Shown piece by piece: positions 31,614-41,817 of a stretch of DNA of 64,000 nucleotides. The stretch is from positions 997 to 64,996 of the forward strand of contig CAXQPB010000119.1 in assembly GCA_964225545.1 (NCBI GenBank), written 5' to 3'. The DNA comes from Nitrosopumilus sp. (GTDB lineage: Bacteria > Desulfobacterota > Binatia > UBA1149 > SPBQ01). The notes beneath the pieces were generated by a model. That model was not told where the DNA came from. It was given only the letters and a program-made list of their open reading frames with translations, and did not search any database. The stretch's first letter is position 1, and each line of letters starts with the position of its first letter. The position numbers were made by a program, and so were the translations under genes.

Positions 31614-32692
31614 CAGGCCAGATCCTCGGCCTGATCCGGATCGACATCGGCGAACGCCCCGCGGGCGAATACCAGCGCGAGCAGCACCGGAATCACGTAG
31701 AAGCACATTCGGAAGATGAGAATCGCGAGGACGGACTGCTCCTTTGCGACACCTCCGCCGGAGAGCATCCCGTCGAGCGCGACCTCCAGAACACCGACGC
31801 CGCCTGGAACGAATGAGACGACCGCGAAGACGATCCCGACGCTGAAGGCGACAACGACCTGGCCGAACGTGATCGAGGCGCCGACCGAGTAAAGCGCTGC
31901 GTAGAGAACACCGATCGTGCAGAGCCAGTCTACGAAGATCCAGAAAAGCGGCATCGCCATCGCCCGTGGGCGTGTCGCGAAGAACGTCAGCCCTTCGTCG
32001 ATATGAAGGAGAAACCGGTGTGCGCGCGTCCCGTACCGCTCGGTGTAATCGAAACGCTCCAGTATTCGGTCGACCCACTGGTTCGTTCGAACGAGTATGC
32101 GCCTCCGGATGCCCTCGTTGTAGACCATGGCCAGGCACGCGGCGAGAAAGAGCGAGAGCACCACGACTACCGAGCTGATCAGGCTGAAGGTCAGGTCGTC
32201 GAGGTTGCGGCTCATGACCAGATGGATGAGCCCGTAGACGATGAAAACCATCAGCATCAGATTCGTGAGCAACGTCTGCGTGAAGGAGATCAATACGGCC
32301 CGGCCGGCGCTTACGCCGCGACGGTTGAGCATGACCATCCGCAGCGCGAAGCCGCTGAGGCCGCCGGTGGGGATCACGTAGTTGGCGGTGTTAGCGATAA
32401 ACGTGATCCGCAGCATCTCACGCTGCTCGACCACGGACCCGGCGGCGCGCGCGATCCCCTCGTAGGAAAGGGACATTGTGATGTAACTGAGCGCGGTGGC
32501 GAGGAGCGGCAGAATCAGCAGTATCGGGTCGAGCTGGAGGAGCGCCTCATAAAGAGTGTGCCCGCCGGCTGTGACGAGCATATAGGCGTAGACCAGGACG
32601 AGACCCACGCCCGTGAAGACAGCGCCTCGTCGCAGACGCCTGCGCAGCGACGACTGCTGCGGCTTCTCTTCGGTGGCCTCTTCCCCCGCCAC
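31613..32692 (-). CDS. Lysylphosphatidylglycerol synthase TM / flippase-like membrane protein
   Basis: Multiple TM helices; ANYVIPTGG, SFVPGGVGVLE, ILIFR motifs. Confidence 0.8.
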   Translation of the reverse strand: MAGEEATEEKPQQSSLRRRLRRGAVFTGVGLVLVYAYMLVTAGGHTLYEALLQLDPILLILPLLATALSYITMSLSYEGIARAAGSVVEQREMLRITFIANTANYVIPTGGLSGFALRMVMLNRRGVSAGRAVLISFTQTLLTNLMLMVFIVYGLIHLVMSRNLDDLTFSLISSVVVVLSLFLAACLAMVYNEGIRRRILVRTNQWVDRILERFDYTERYGTRAHRFLLHIDEGLTFFATRPRAMAMPLFWIFVDWLCTIGVLYAALYSVGASITFGQVVVAFSVGIVFAVVSFVPGGVGVLEVALDGMLSGGGVAKEQSVLAILIFRMCFYVIPVLLALVFARGAFADVDPDQAEDLA

Positions 32693-32763
32693 TTCCGCCT
32701 TCCTCGCCCCCTGTAGCTTCGCGCATCACCGCGCGGGCGGTGTTGCGTGCCGATGGTCGGAAA

Positions 32764-34626
32764 TCAGCCGAACGTCTCGAGCGCCCGAGCGCGCTGAGGG
32801 TTGCGCAGTTTTCGGAGCGCTTTGGCCTCGATCTGTCGGATACGCTCACGGGTGACCGCGAACTTCTGACCCACTTCCTCGAGCGTGTAATCGGTCTTTT
32901 CGCCGATTCCGAAACGCATACGGAGGATCTGTTCCTCACGAGGAGTGAGCGTCGCCAGGACCTTTCGAGTCTGCTCTTCGAGACTCAACGCCACCGCCGC
33001 GTCTGCCGGCGATACGGACTGACGATCCTCGACGAAATCTCCGAGCGAGCTCTCCTCATCGTCACCGATCGGTGTCTCGAGAGAGACCGGCTCTTTGACG
33101 ATCTTGAGGACCTTGCGGATCTTGTCGGCCGGCATCTCCATCTGCTCGGCGATCTCTTCCGGCGTCGGTTCGCGGCCCAACTGCTGGACAAGGTAACGCG
33201 AAGTTCGCAGCACCTTGTTGATCGTCTCGATCATATGGACCGGGATCCGGATCGTTCTTGCCTGATCTGCGATTGCCCGGCTTACCGACTGACGGATCCA
33301 CCACGTCGCGTATGTGGAGAACTTGTAGCCTCGCTGGTACTCGAACTTGTCGACCACACGCATCAGGCCGATGTTTCCTTCCTGAATCAGATCCAGGAAG
33401 CCGAGTCCGCGGTTGGTGTAACGCTTGGCGATCGAAACGACGAGACGCAGATTGGCTTCGATGAGCGCTTTCTTGCCGCGCGCCGCGCGATCCTCGCCGC
33501 GCCGAATGATTCGCAGGAAGTGATCGAGATCCTCGGCGGACAGACCGATCTCGCGCTCGACCTCCGAGACCACACGACGCGCCTCTCGAATATCGCTCGC
33601 CATCTTCTGGGCGGCCTCGACACTCATGCGCAGATTGCCGGTGGCCTTGCGCTTCGCATTGACACCGCCCGAGGCGAGCTGCCGGACGATCTCGAGAATC
33701 GTCTTGGCGTCCCGCTTCGTTCGCGTCTCGTAGCGCTTGATCACTCGGCGCTTCTGCCGGCTGATCGTCTGCGCTTCCTTGAGCTTGTCAACGACGGAGG
33801 TGACATGTCGATCGCCGAGGTTCATCGAGACGAGGTGCTCGCATACTTTGACGCGCGCGATTCCGAACTTCTGCTCGCGCGCCGTCGGCTTACGCTTCGT
33901 CTTCGCGCCGGGAGTCGGTGCGAAGCGGGCAGGCATGCTCGATTCGTACGTCTTGACGAGCCGCTTCAGCGTGGTGACGTCTTTGAGAAGCTGCTTGATC
34001 TTCTTCTCGTCACGCTCGACCGACGCCTTCTCTTCTTCGCCCTCGTCCGCGAATATTTCGCGCGGTTCGATCTCGCCGTTCTTCAGCCGCTCACCGAGTC
34101 CGATCACGTAACGGAAAGAGAGCGGCAGGCTGTAGACGCAGTCGCGTACTTCGTGGAGCCCGCCCTCGATCTCCTTGGCAATCGTGACCTCTTCTTCGCG
34201 TGAGAGGAGCGGAACGCTCCCCATCTCCTGCAGGTACATGCGTACCGGGTCTGTGCTGTCGGTGCCGTAATCGCGCTCGGGCTGGCGGACCTTGGCGATG
34301 ACCGGAGAAGGAGGTTCATCAACCTGCGGACGCTTGACCCGTGCGACCTCCGAGCCTTCGCTCCAGTCGGACGTCTCGTCTGCGAAGAACGCCTCGGTTC
34401 CTTCTTCGTTACTGTCCGAGCCTTCTTCGCTGAACCCCTCTACGATCTCGATGTCGTTCTCGTTAAGGACGTTGAAAGCGGCCTTGAGGTCCTCGGGACC
34501 CCCGTCTTCCTGAGGCACCATCTTGTTGATGTCCTCATAGGTGACGTACCCGCGCTCTTTGCCGAGATCGATGAGCTTGGCGAGCCCCTTCTTGACGTTT
34601 CCGGCTGTTGCCGTTTCCTTTTCCAT
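32764..34626 (-). CDS. rpoD: Primary sigma factor RpoD
   Basis: Region 1.1 [10 protein letters not shown]; [45 protein letters not shown]. Confidence 0.98.
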   Translation of the reverse strand: MEKETATAGNVKKGLAKLIDLGKERGYVTYEDINKMVPQEDGGPEDLKAAFNVLNENDIEIVEGFSEEGSDSNEEGTEAFFADETSDWSEGSEVARVKRPQVDEPPSPVIAKVRQPERDYGTDSTDPVRMYLQEMGSVPLLSREEEVTIAKEIEGGLHEVRDCVYSLPLSFRYVIGLGERLKNGEIEPREIFADEGEEEKASVERDEKKIKQLLKDVTTLKRLVKTYESSMPARFAPTPGAKTKRKPTAREQKFGIARVKVCEHLVSMNLGDRHVTSVVDKLKEAQTISRQKRRVIKRYETRTKRDAKTILEIVRQLASGGVNAKRKATGNLRMSVEAAQKMASDIREARRVVSEVEREIGLSAEDLDHFLRIIRRGEDRAARGKKALIEANLRLVVSIAKRYTNRGLGFLDLIQEGNIGLMRVVDKFEYQRGYKFSTYATWWIRQSVSRAIADQARTIRIPVHMIETINKVLRTSRYLVQQLGREPTPEEIAEQMEMPADKIRKVLKIVKEPVSLETPIGDDEESSLGDFVEDRQSVSPADAAVALSLEEQTRKVLATLTPREEQILRMRFGIGEKTDYTLEEVGQKFAVTRERIRQIEAKALRKLRNPQRARALETFG

Positions 34627-34966
34627 CCGCTGTCCTACTCAAGCCTGTCCGGGGTTCTGCACGCCTGTGATCAGTGGCTTCACCAAAAAGAAATACAGTC
34701 GCCTGCATACTTCATGGGCCCCCCCGGCAGGCGGCAGCGGGGGCATCGGTGCGCCAGGTCACAGAGGCGGGAGATGCCGACCTGCGCACAGCGCTGCGGT
34801 ACGCTACGTATGGCGAAATCGGGAGTCAAGATATCAGCCGGCGCGCAGTCTTTCCGGCCGCGCCAGAAGCAATGAACAATCAATAAAATCAACTACTTAC
34901 CCCCCTTTTGGCGCCGTGCGCGCAGGGCTTGACTCCGACCCCTGTCGCGTCGCGTCGACAGGGTGC

Positions 34967-36415
34967 GTGTTCTCACCCCGCCAAAGCGCCCCCCCGAGGA
35001 GTGCAGTCGGTCGGCGGAGCAGGCTGATCCTCTCCGCGCTGCTGACGCTCGGGATGGCCTGCGCCTGCCAGAGAACGGAAGGCGCGCGGCCCGATATCAT
35101 CCTGATCGTGCTCGACACTGTCCGCGCGGATCGAATCGGCAGCTTCTCGCCGACGGGCTCCCCGCAAACTCCCAACCTCGACGCGCTGGCGACCCGATCG
35201 AGAAGCTGGCCACAGGCGATCGCGACCGCCCCCCTGACGATGCCTTCGATGGCCGCAATCTTCACCGGCAGACATGGCGACGCAGTGGGCGTGATCGGAC
35301 ACAGCGCGCAGGACCGACTCGATGGCGACGCCGACACCCTGGCCTCGCTCGCTCATGATGCGGGCTATGCCACGGCCGCTGTAGTCACGAACCCGTGGCT
35401 CGCCCGGCGGCCGATGGGATTTCTGAGAGACTTCGATGCGGTCATTACCGGACGCACCGCCGGCGGCAGCGGTGCGAGGATGTCGGCGAGACATGTCACC
35501 AACGCAGCGCTGCGTGCCGTAGACAGTATCTTCGCTGGAGATCGATACACCGACCGTCCGCTTCTTCTGTGGGCACACTACATGGACGCGCACATGCCGT
35601 ACGACACCGGGCAGGCAGAGACAGAGCCGAACCGTTTACTCCGTGAGTTCTCAGCGCCCGGTTCGGATCGTCAGAAGATCTACTTCGCCCCGCCGTATAC
35701 GGAAACAGAAACAGCAGCGACGAGGGCGGCCTATGACGCCGCGGTTCATTCACTGGATCGGGAGATCGGACGACTCCTCGAAGGACTTCGTGACCGCGGT
35801 CGAGCTTCGAACGCCGTTATCGTGGTCATATCGGATCACGGTGAAGCGCTCGGGGAACATGGACTTCATTTCGCTCACGACTTCACGGTCTACGACGAGC
35901 TGATACGCGCGGTCTTCATGATCAGCGCGCCGGGCCTGCCGGTCGGCCTCGATCACAGCCCGGTATCCACTGTCGACCTGCTGCCTACCCTGTGCTCGCT
36001 CGCCGCGCTGCGATGTCCAGCGAACCTCGGCGGGTTGGACCTGGCGCGTGACAGAGCCTCCGAACACCGCGCACTGTTCGCCGCCAGTGCCCCTCGCAGA
36101 GATCGCTACGCACGCGCCCCCTGGCTGACGGTCGACGGCCCCGAAGGCCGAATGACAGCGATCCGGAAAGGCACCATGAAGCTTGTGCGAACACCCGGAC
36201 AGGGCGGCGTACGCACCGAGGTCTTCGATCTGTCGACCGATCCCGGCGAGCAGATGAACATCTATGACGGTGAGCTTCATGCCGGGATGAATCAGGATCT
36301 CGATGCGTGGCTCGAGCGGATGGAGAAACTGCGTGGGGATCGCCCGGTCCGGTCAGCCCGACCTCGCGGGAACCGGCTACGGGAGGAGTTGCGGCTGTTG
36401 GGGTACGTTGACTGA
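34967..36415 (+). CDS. Sulfatase-like (alkaline phosphatase superfamily) exported protein, probable lipoprotein
   Basis: PDIILIVLDTVRAD, TPNLDALA, HYMDAHMPY, SDHGE, C-terminal LRLLGY; LGMACAC lipobox-like; start inferred at GTG 34967. Confidence 0.85.
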   Translation: MFSPRQSAPPRSAVGRRSRLILSALLTLGMACACQRTEGARPDIILIVLDTVRADRIGSFSPTGSPQTPNLDALATRSRSWPQAIATAPLTMPSMAAIFTGRHGDAVGVIGHSAQDRLDGDADTLASLAHDAGYATAAVVTNPWLARRPMGFLRDFDAVITGRTAGGSGARMSARHVTNAALRAVDSIFAGDRYTDRPLLLWAHYMDAHMPYDTGQAETEPNRLLREFSAPGSDRQKIYFAPPYTETETAATRAAYDAAVHSLDREIGRLLEGLRDRGRASNAVIVVISDHGEALGEHGLHFAHDFTVYDELIRAVFMISAPGLPVGLDHSPVSTVDLLPTLCSLAALRCPANLGGLDLARDRASEHRALFAASAPRRDRYARAPWLTVDGPEGRMTAIRKGTMKLVRTPGQGGVRTEVFDLSTDPGEQMNIYDGELHAGMNQDLDAWLERMEKLRGDRPVRSARPRGNRLREELRLLGYVD

Positions 36416-36424
36416 AACCTGTTC

Positions 36425-37669
36425 TCAGGAAGCCGAGCGGCCGGCAGCCAAACGGAAGAGGTTTCCGCGCCACTGCATGATCACGGCGCCGCGCTCGATC
36501 GAGGATACCTTCATCCCCTCGACGATATCGCCTTCCTTGACGATCAGCAGTTTGCCGCCCGGGCCTCGCATCGACGCGACCCGGTAAACGGGATCGGACG
36601 ACCACTTGATGAACAGTAACGCGATCTCCGGCGCACCGGTCGGCGCGACCGGGGAGATCTCCGGCTCAGCCGGCGCTGCAGGAGCGGCTGGCGTCACGGG
36701 AGCCGCGGGCGTCGCCGGCTGTTTCGGCTTCGGGGCTGCCGCTTTGGCGGGCGCAGGTGCATCAGCCGGACTGCTCGGCTTGTCGGGCGCGGCTTCGGGC
36801 CATGTCACCGGCGGCTTGGCCGATGGCGGCTTTTGCGCGGTTGAACCGGTCTTGTAGCCGGGCCAGACCCCGCCGGGCTCGGCGGACTTCCGGTTCTCGG
36901 CCTGCACTGCCCGACCGGCCGCCGACGCGGGCCTCTTCGAATCTGCCACCCCGGGCGCGACCGGATCATTCGGACCCTCAGGGCTTCGCGGGCCTGCGGT
37001 GGCTTTCGGAACAGCGGCAGGCGCGGGAGCAGGCGCAGATTCAGAACCTGTCGCAGGCGGTCGTTTGGGAGCTCCGGCGGATTTTTCGTCTGCAGCGGCC
37101 TGCTTCGCCGACCGGACATCTTCGCGTCCGGGCTGTCGCTCACGTCTCGCGCGCTTTCCCTCTGCGAGCACGGGCGCCGAGGGGCCCTTGGCATCTGAAG
37201 AAGACGGCGGGTGGCTTTCGCGCGCAACGGCTCGCGACGCAGGCGATGCCGACGACGACGCCTGCTCTTCCTGCTCGTCCTGCTCCCTCGGCTCGTTCTG
37301 CAAATCACGGTTGCCGACCTCGGGCTCGGTTTTCTCCGCCCGCTCGGCAAGCTCGATCGTCTCCGGATCTCCGGAGCCGCCGATCAACATGCTCGACACG
37401 AGATACCCAAGGCCGAGGCCGACCAGAGCAACTGCGATTACCGCCAGCGCCCCGGGATTTTTTCGTTCCCGACCTCCGGGTTCATCCGGGCCTCCACCAT
37501 CGGGAGGCCCATCGAAGCTGCCGCCTCCGGGGAGCTCGGACCCTCCGGATGCTCGCCCCTGATCCACCGCGGTCGCTTCGCGCGAAGGTGCAGAGGTCTG
37601 AGCCTGCGCCGCGCCCTCCGGATCGGCGCCGCCTTCTGCCTTGCGGAGCGCGTCGAGCACAGAACTCAC
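36425..37669 (-). CDS. ExeB/GspB-like membrane protein
   Basis: MSSVLDALRKAE N-terminus typical of GspB; one TM; long Pro/Ala linker; C-terminal WSSDP..R...VKEGD domain. Confidence 0.8.
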   Translation of the reverse strand: MSSVLDALRKAEGGADPEGAAQAQTSAPSREATAVDQGRASGGSELPGGGSFDGPPDGGGPDEPGGRERKNPGALAVIAVALVGLGLGYLVSSMLIGGSGDPETIELAERAEKTEPEVGNRDLQNEPREQDEQEEQASSSASPASRAVARESHPPSSSDAKGPSAPVLAEGKRARRERQPGREDVRSAKQAAADEKSAGAPKRPPATGSESAPAPAPAAVPKATAGPRSPEGPNDPVAPGVADSKRPASAAGRAVQAENRKSAEPGGVWPGYKTGSTAQKPPSAKPPVTWPEAAPDKPSSPADAPAPAKAAAPKPKQPATPAAPVTPAAPAAPAEPEISPVAPTGAPEIALLFIKWSSDPVYRVASMRGPGGKLLIVKEGDIVEGMKVSSIERGAVIMQWRGNLFRLAAGRSAS

Positions 37670-39498
37670 TGGACGGACGCTCCTTCGCCGCTCCCCAGAC
37701 TCGGTCGCTCGAAACGCGAGATCGACTTGTAGAGCACGATCTGAGTCACGATGTCCGCGACGCCGTTGCCCATCAGCCCCTTGCTGATCTGAAAACGCCG
37801 GACGGCGTCCTGTGTGCGCTCGTCGTAAACCTGCGAATACGGCTCGTCGTAGAGATCCACCTCACTCAGCAGCTTCTGGAGTTTCTCTACCTGCGGCCCC
37901 TCTGCGCCCGGAATCAACGCCTTGCTCAGACGCTCGCCATCACTCCACAGCAAATGGGTCTTGCCGGTCCACAGCCGCTCGATGTCGGAACGCGAAAGCC
38001 GCGCCTCGCGATCGCCGGCGACCAGCGCCGAACGTTCATCGAGGTTCTTCAGGAGCACATAGCGCACTTCATCGCTGCCCTGCAGCTTGAACTCGAACAG
38101 CGCGGGCAGGTCGATCAGCTCCACAAGCGGCAGAGTCATCTCGGCCCCCATGTAACGCAGACCGCGCCGCGCACCGAGCAATTGCAGGTCAAGTGTGCCG
38201 GAGGCGATCTCGGCGGGCGCAAGCGGAGACCGACCCCACAGCTCAATCAGCCCGCTCATCGAGCCGGTCGCAACCTCGTACCCCGAGCTCCGGGCGAGTC
38301 TTCGCTCGAACTTATCGACGTTGCCGACTTCTTCCGTTGAGGCGGCATCGCTGCGAATGCCTCCGGGCTCGCGCCTGTTCTGAGCGAGTCGTGCGCCGGT
38401 TGAAGATTCAGCCCTCGAGACCGCCGGGATCCGCAGCCCCGGAGATCCGACCGAGGCTTTCTTTACTTCGTTCACCGCTGCTTCGCCGGGAGCGGCCGCA
38501 ACTCCCGCCTGCGATCGGCCTGAGTTCGCGCGAGGCTCGGTGGCGGCGTCCAGACCTGTATCGCCGAGGGGTGCCACCAGAAGAAACGCGACGACTCCGG
38601 AGGCAAGCGCGACCGCTCCAGCCGCAGCCGCTTTGTAAAACCAGCCGCCTGCTGCCGGCCCGGACGCCTCGTTGCGCACCCGCGCCAGCGGTACCTTACC
38701 CTGCTCGAGTTCATGCGCGGCCATCGCCACGTCCGTCGCCGTCACCCGCGGCTGACTCTTCGTATACGCGACCAGCAGCGACCGGTGCGCGAGAATATTC
38801 ATCAGCCGCGGCAGACCCGAGGTGTGCTCGTAGAGAACGTCCAGCGCACGATCATCGAAGACATCGTCTTCGCGGCCAGCCACCGCCAGGCGGTGGCGCA
38901 GATACAGATGGGCCTCGACACGGTCCAGAGGCTCGAGCTGCCAGCGCAGGGCAATGCGTTGGGAGAGCTGTCGCAGCTCCGGGCGCTCGAGGAGGGCATC
39001 GAGCTCGGGCTGTCCGAGCAGGATGATCTGGAGCAGCTTCTCGGTCGCGGTTTCGAGGTTCGAGAGCAGCCGGAGCTGCTCGAGGACAACGGGGTCGAGG
39101 TTCTGCGCCTCGTCGACGATGATGACCGCCCGTCCGCCGGTCGCCCGCTGCGCATCCAGAAAGATGCCGAGCGCGTCGGTCAGCTCTTTCTTGCTGGTGG
39201 TCCGGGCCGGCAGCCCGAACTCGGCGTTCACGGTCTGGAGCAGCTCGACCGAGGAGAGGACCGGGTTGAAGATGTAGGCGACCGCGATGTTGTCGCGTTC
39301 TTCGCTGAGCAACGAGCGGACCAGGGTTGTCTTGCCGGTTCCGACCTCGCCGGAGACACAGACGAAACCGCTCCCTTCGCGCATCGCGTAAAGCAGGTGC
39401 GCGTACCCCTCCCGGTGCTCGTTCCCGAGGAACAGATACCTGGGGTCAGGTGTCAGCCGGAACGGCTGATCGTGGAATCGGAAAAAACGCTCGTACAT
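37666..39498 (-). CDS. ExeA/GspA AAA ATPase with C-terminal peptidoglycan-binding domain
   Basis: PFRLTPDPRYL, GEVGTGKTT, DEAQNL, LLGQPEL, one TM, PG-binding V..LQ..L...T..AVRRFQ...GL. Confidence 0.92.
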   Translation of the reverse strand: MYERFFRFHDQPFRLTPDPRYLFLGNEHREGYAHLLYAMREGSGFVCVSGEVGTGKTTLVRSLLSEERDNIAVAYIFNPVLSSVELLQTVNAEFGLPARTTSKKELTDALGIFLDAQRATGGRAVIIVDEAQNLDPVVLEQLRLLSNLETATEKLLQIILLGQPELDALLERPELRQLSQRIALRWQLEPLDRVEAHLYLRHRLAVAGREDDVFDDRALDVLYEHTSGLPRLMNILAHRSLLVAYTKSQPRVTATDVAMAAHELEQGKVPLARVRNEASGPAAGGWFYKAAAAGAVALASGVVAFLLVAPLGDTGLDAATEPRANSGRSQAGVAAAPGEAAVNEVKKASVGSPGLRIPAVSRAESSTGARLAQNRREPGGIRSDAASTEEVGNVDKFERRLARSSGYEVATGSMSGLIELWGRSPLAPAEIASGTLDLQLLGARRGLRYMGAEMTLPLVELIDLPALFEFKLQGSDEVRYVLLKNLDERSALVAGDREARLSRSDIERLWTGKTHLLWSDGERLSKALIPGAEGPQVEKLQKLLSEVDLYDEPYSQVYDERTQDAVRRFQISKGLMGNGVADIVTQIVLYKSISRFERPSLGSGEGASVQ

Positions 39499-39635
39499 GA
39501 GGAGGCGACGCCACTATTTATATCGAAGTCACAGAACTGAAGCAGGCGAATTCGCTTGTCCGCTCCGAAAATCATGCAGTGGGTCAGTAAAGGGCGAACT
39601 TTGCCTGTCTCGGGTCCCGCCTGTAGGTAGGTTCG

Positions 39636-40889
39636 ATGGGCGACCAACGACGCGATCCGATACCCGCGCCGTTCTTCGTCGTCTCGGTGGCGAACTTCCT
39701 TTTCTTCCTGAACTTCGCCTTCTTCTTCCTGCTGCCCCTGTGGATTCTCGAGCGCGGAGGCAGCGAGACGACTGTCGGCCGGCTGGTGGGGGCCTCGGGG
39801 CTGGCGGGCTTGATCGTTCTGCCGCTTGTCGGCTACCTCCTCGACCGCTTCGGGCGACGACGCTTCATGATCGTGGGCGCCCTGGCAGCGGCGCTTTGTT
39901 CAGCAGCCTATATCGGCGTCGATACGATCGGACCCGAGCTTTATGTGTTGCGCATCATCCACGGTGTCGCCTTCACCTGCGCGTTCACCGGCGCCCAGAC
40001 CCTCGCCGTTCTGTTCGCTCCGCTTTCACGGCGCGCGACCGCGATCGGCTGGTTCGGCATCTCCACGATCCTGACCCACGCCATCAGTCCGTTGCTGGGC
40101 GAGGCGATTGTCCGCCGGTGGAGTTTCGACGCGATGTTCGGACTCGGAGCCGTGCTCGGGATGGTGGCCTTCGTTCTGGCGTGCCTGCTCCCGCGCCCGC
40201 CGGCGCTTGCCGGTCACGCGACCGCCAACGATGCCGACGCATCGGAGGCCCGACGCGCGGTCATGACGGCGTGCATTGCGATGGTCTGTTACGGCTTCGG
40301 CTTCGGCGCCACCCAGACCTTCGTTCCGGTCCTCATGGAGCGTTTCGAATTGATCGGTACGGTCGGGCCGGACTGGTTGCGTGTCGGGACGGTCGGCACC
40401 TTTTTCGCGTGCTGGAGCATCGCCGCAGTGACAATGAGGCTTCTGCTTGGCAGCGCGTCGGATCGCTTCGGTCGCCGTCGCGTCATCCTGCCCGCGATGG
40501 CGGTCATGAGTATCGCGGTACTCATGCTGGTGTTCGCGCGCACTCTGCCCGGAATCTGGGTCGTCGGGTTCACGTTCGGTTGCGCGCAGGGCCTGCTCTA
40601 CCCCTCCATGAATGCGCTGGTCGCCGACTGGAGCAGCCCACACAACATCGGCCGCACCCAATCGCTGTTCAGCGGATCCTACAGCCTCGGAATCTCCGGA
40701 TCGGCTTTCATCTTCGGCATCATCGCTGAACAATTCGGCTTCGATACGATGTATGCGATCGCCTTCGCGATCACGCTGGTGGGCATGGGGGTGTTCCTGG
40801 CCGGGCCGAGACGTGAAGCCGGCGAGGCTTCGCGCTACGCGAAGAACGCGTCGACATCCGCGCTGTCGACGGAGAACGTCAAGAGCTGA
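39636..40889 (+). CDS. MFS transporter
   Basis: About 12 TM segments; GYLLDRFGRRR and SDRFGRRR MFS motif A repeats. Confidence 0.92.
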   Translation: MGDQRRDPIPAPFFVVSVANFLFFLNFAFFFLLPLWILERGGSETTVGRLVGASGLAGLIVLPLVGYLLDRFGRRRFMIVGALAAALCSAAYIGVDTIGPELYVLRIIHGVAFTCAFTGAQTLAVLFAPLSRRATAIGWFGISTILTHAISPLLGEAIVRRWSFDAMFGLGAVLGMVAFVLACLLPRPPALAGHATANDADASEARRAVMTACIAMVCYGFGFGATQTFVPVLMERFELIGTVGPDWLRVGTVGTFFACWSIAAVTMRLLLGSASDRFGRRRVILPAMAVMSIAVLMLVFARTLPGIWVVGFTFGCAQGLLYPSMNALVADWSSPHNIGRTQSLFSGSYSLGISGSAFIFGIIAEQFGFDTMYAIAFAITLVGMGVFLAGPRREAGEASRYAKNASTSALSTENVKS

Positions 40890-41734
40890 CCTTCGCGGTA
40901 GATGTCGAGCTCGACCGTTTCCCCGGCGCCGTGAGTCCAGATCGAGTCGTAAAGTGCTTTGCGGTTGTCCACGGACTCCGAGCCCACGCGAGTAATTACA
41001 TCTCCCGACTCGACACCTGCAACAGCCACGGGGCTGCCCGGCACCACGCCTGCGACGATCGAACGCTCCGCGAGCGGATAACAGAAAAGCCCGAGCCAGG
41101 CGCGAGCGGGGCGGCTGACGCGGCGACCGTGCTCGAGAAGCTCGCCCGCATGCGCCTTGTAACACTCCGCCGGGATCGCCAGGGTCGCCCGGCCGACGTT
41201 GCCGAGGTTGAGCGAAACGACACCGATCAGCCGACCGAAACGGTCGCATGCGGGCGCACCGCCGAGACCCGGATTTGAACAGGTCAGCCACACAGCGCGA
41301 TCGAGTCGGTACTCCCAGGTCGCATCGAAAGGGTCGAGCGAAGTAACGACGCCGGTTGCGCATCGCCGCTCGTTTTCACCGGCGCTGGCCACCACACAGG
41401 CGTCTTCGCCGAGAGAAAGTTCGTCCGAGGTCGCAATGTCGAGCGGACGCAGGTCGGAGATCTCCGTGCGAAGCAGCGCGATGCCGGTCGCGAAATCCTG
41501 GGCGACGACACGGGCCGCGTGTCGCCTGCCCTCGACGTCCACGACAAAGACCTCAGCGGCCCCGAGGACGACGTAGTTCACGGTGAGCACCAGCCCGTGA
41601 CGATCGACCACCGCCCCCGAACCGAATCGTTCGGTCCCGAGAATTGCTGCAGAGGGGTTGTGCGGGGGGATCTTCGAGGCAACGGTCACGGTTGCGCGTG
41701 AAACCCGCTGCAACAGTTCGACGGCTGCGTCCAC
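40835..41734 (-). CDS. HtrA/S1C-like trypsin-fold plus PDZ protein, catalytic triad degenerate
   Basis: GSGAVV...LVLTVNYVV, NPGLGGAP...GRLIGV, PDZ WLGL...GSP..AGV.SGDVI; start inferred at GTG 41734. Confidence 0.85.
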   Translation of the reverse strand: MDAAVELLQRVSRATVTVASKIPPHNPSAAILGTERFGSGAVVDRHGLVLTVNYVVLGAAEVFVVDVEGRRHAARVVAQDFATGIALLRTEISDLRPLDIATSDELSLGEDACVVASAGENERRCATGVVTSLDPFDATWEYRLDRAVWLTCSNPGLGGAPACDRFGRLIGVVSLNLGNVGRATLAIPAECYKAHAGELLEHGRRVSRPARAWLGLFCYPLAERSIVAGVVPGSPVAVAGVESGDVITRVGSESVDNRKALYDSIWTHGAGETVELDIYREGQLLTFSVDSADVDAFFA

Positions 41735-41817
41735 CCCCCGGACGGTAATCGGCGGACTGCCCCGGTTCAACTCGGAAGCGGAAAAGGCTAGATGTCTGTC
41801 ATCCGGAGGGATGACCA

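Noticed and set aside
32740-34203. 487-aa ORF antisense to rpoD
   Set aside because: Mirror-frame ORF with no motifs; rpoD explains the region.
36757-38340. 527-aa Arg/Pro-rich plus-strand ORF
   Set aside because: Antisense to exeAB, with composition typical of a non-coding frame.
41812-41814. In-frame TGA upstream of pabB as selenocysteine
   Set aside because: No conserved Cys is expected there in PabB, and the upstream frame runs into the divergent gene.
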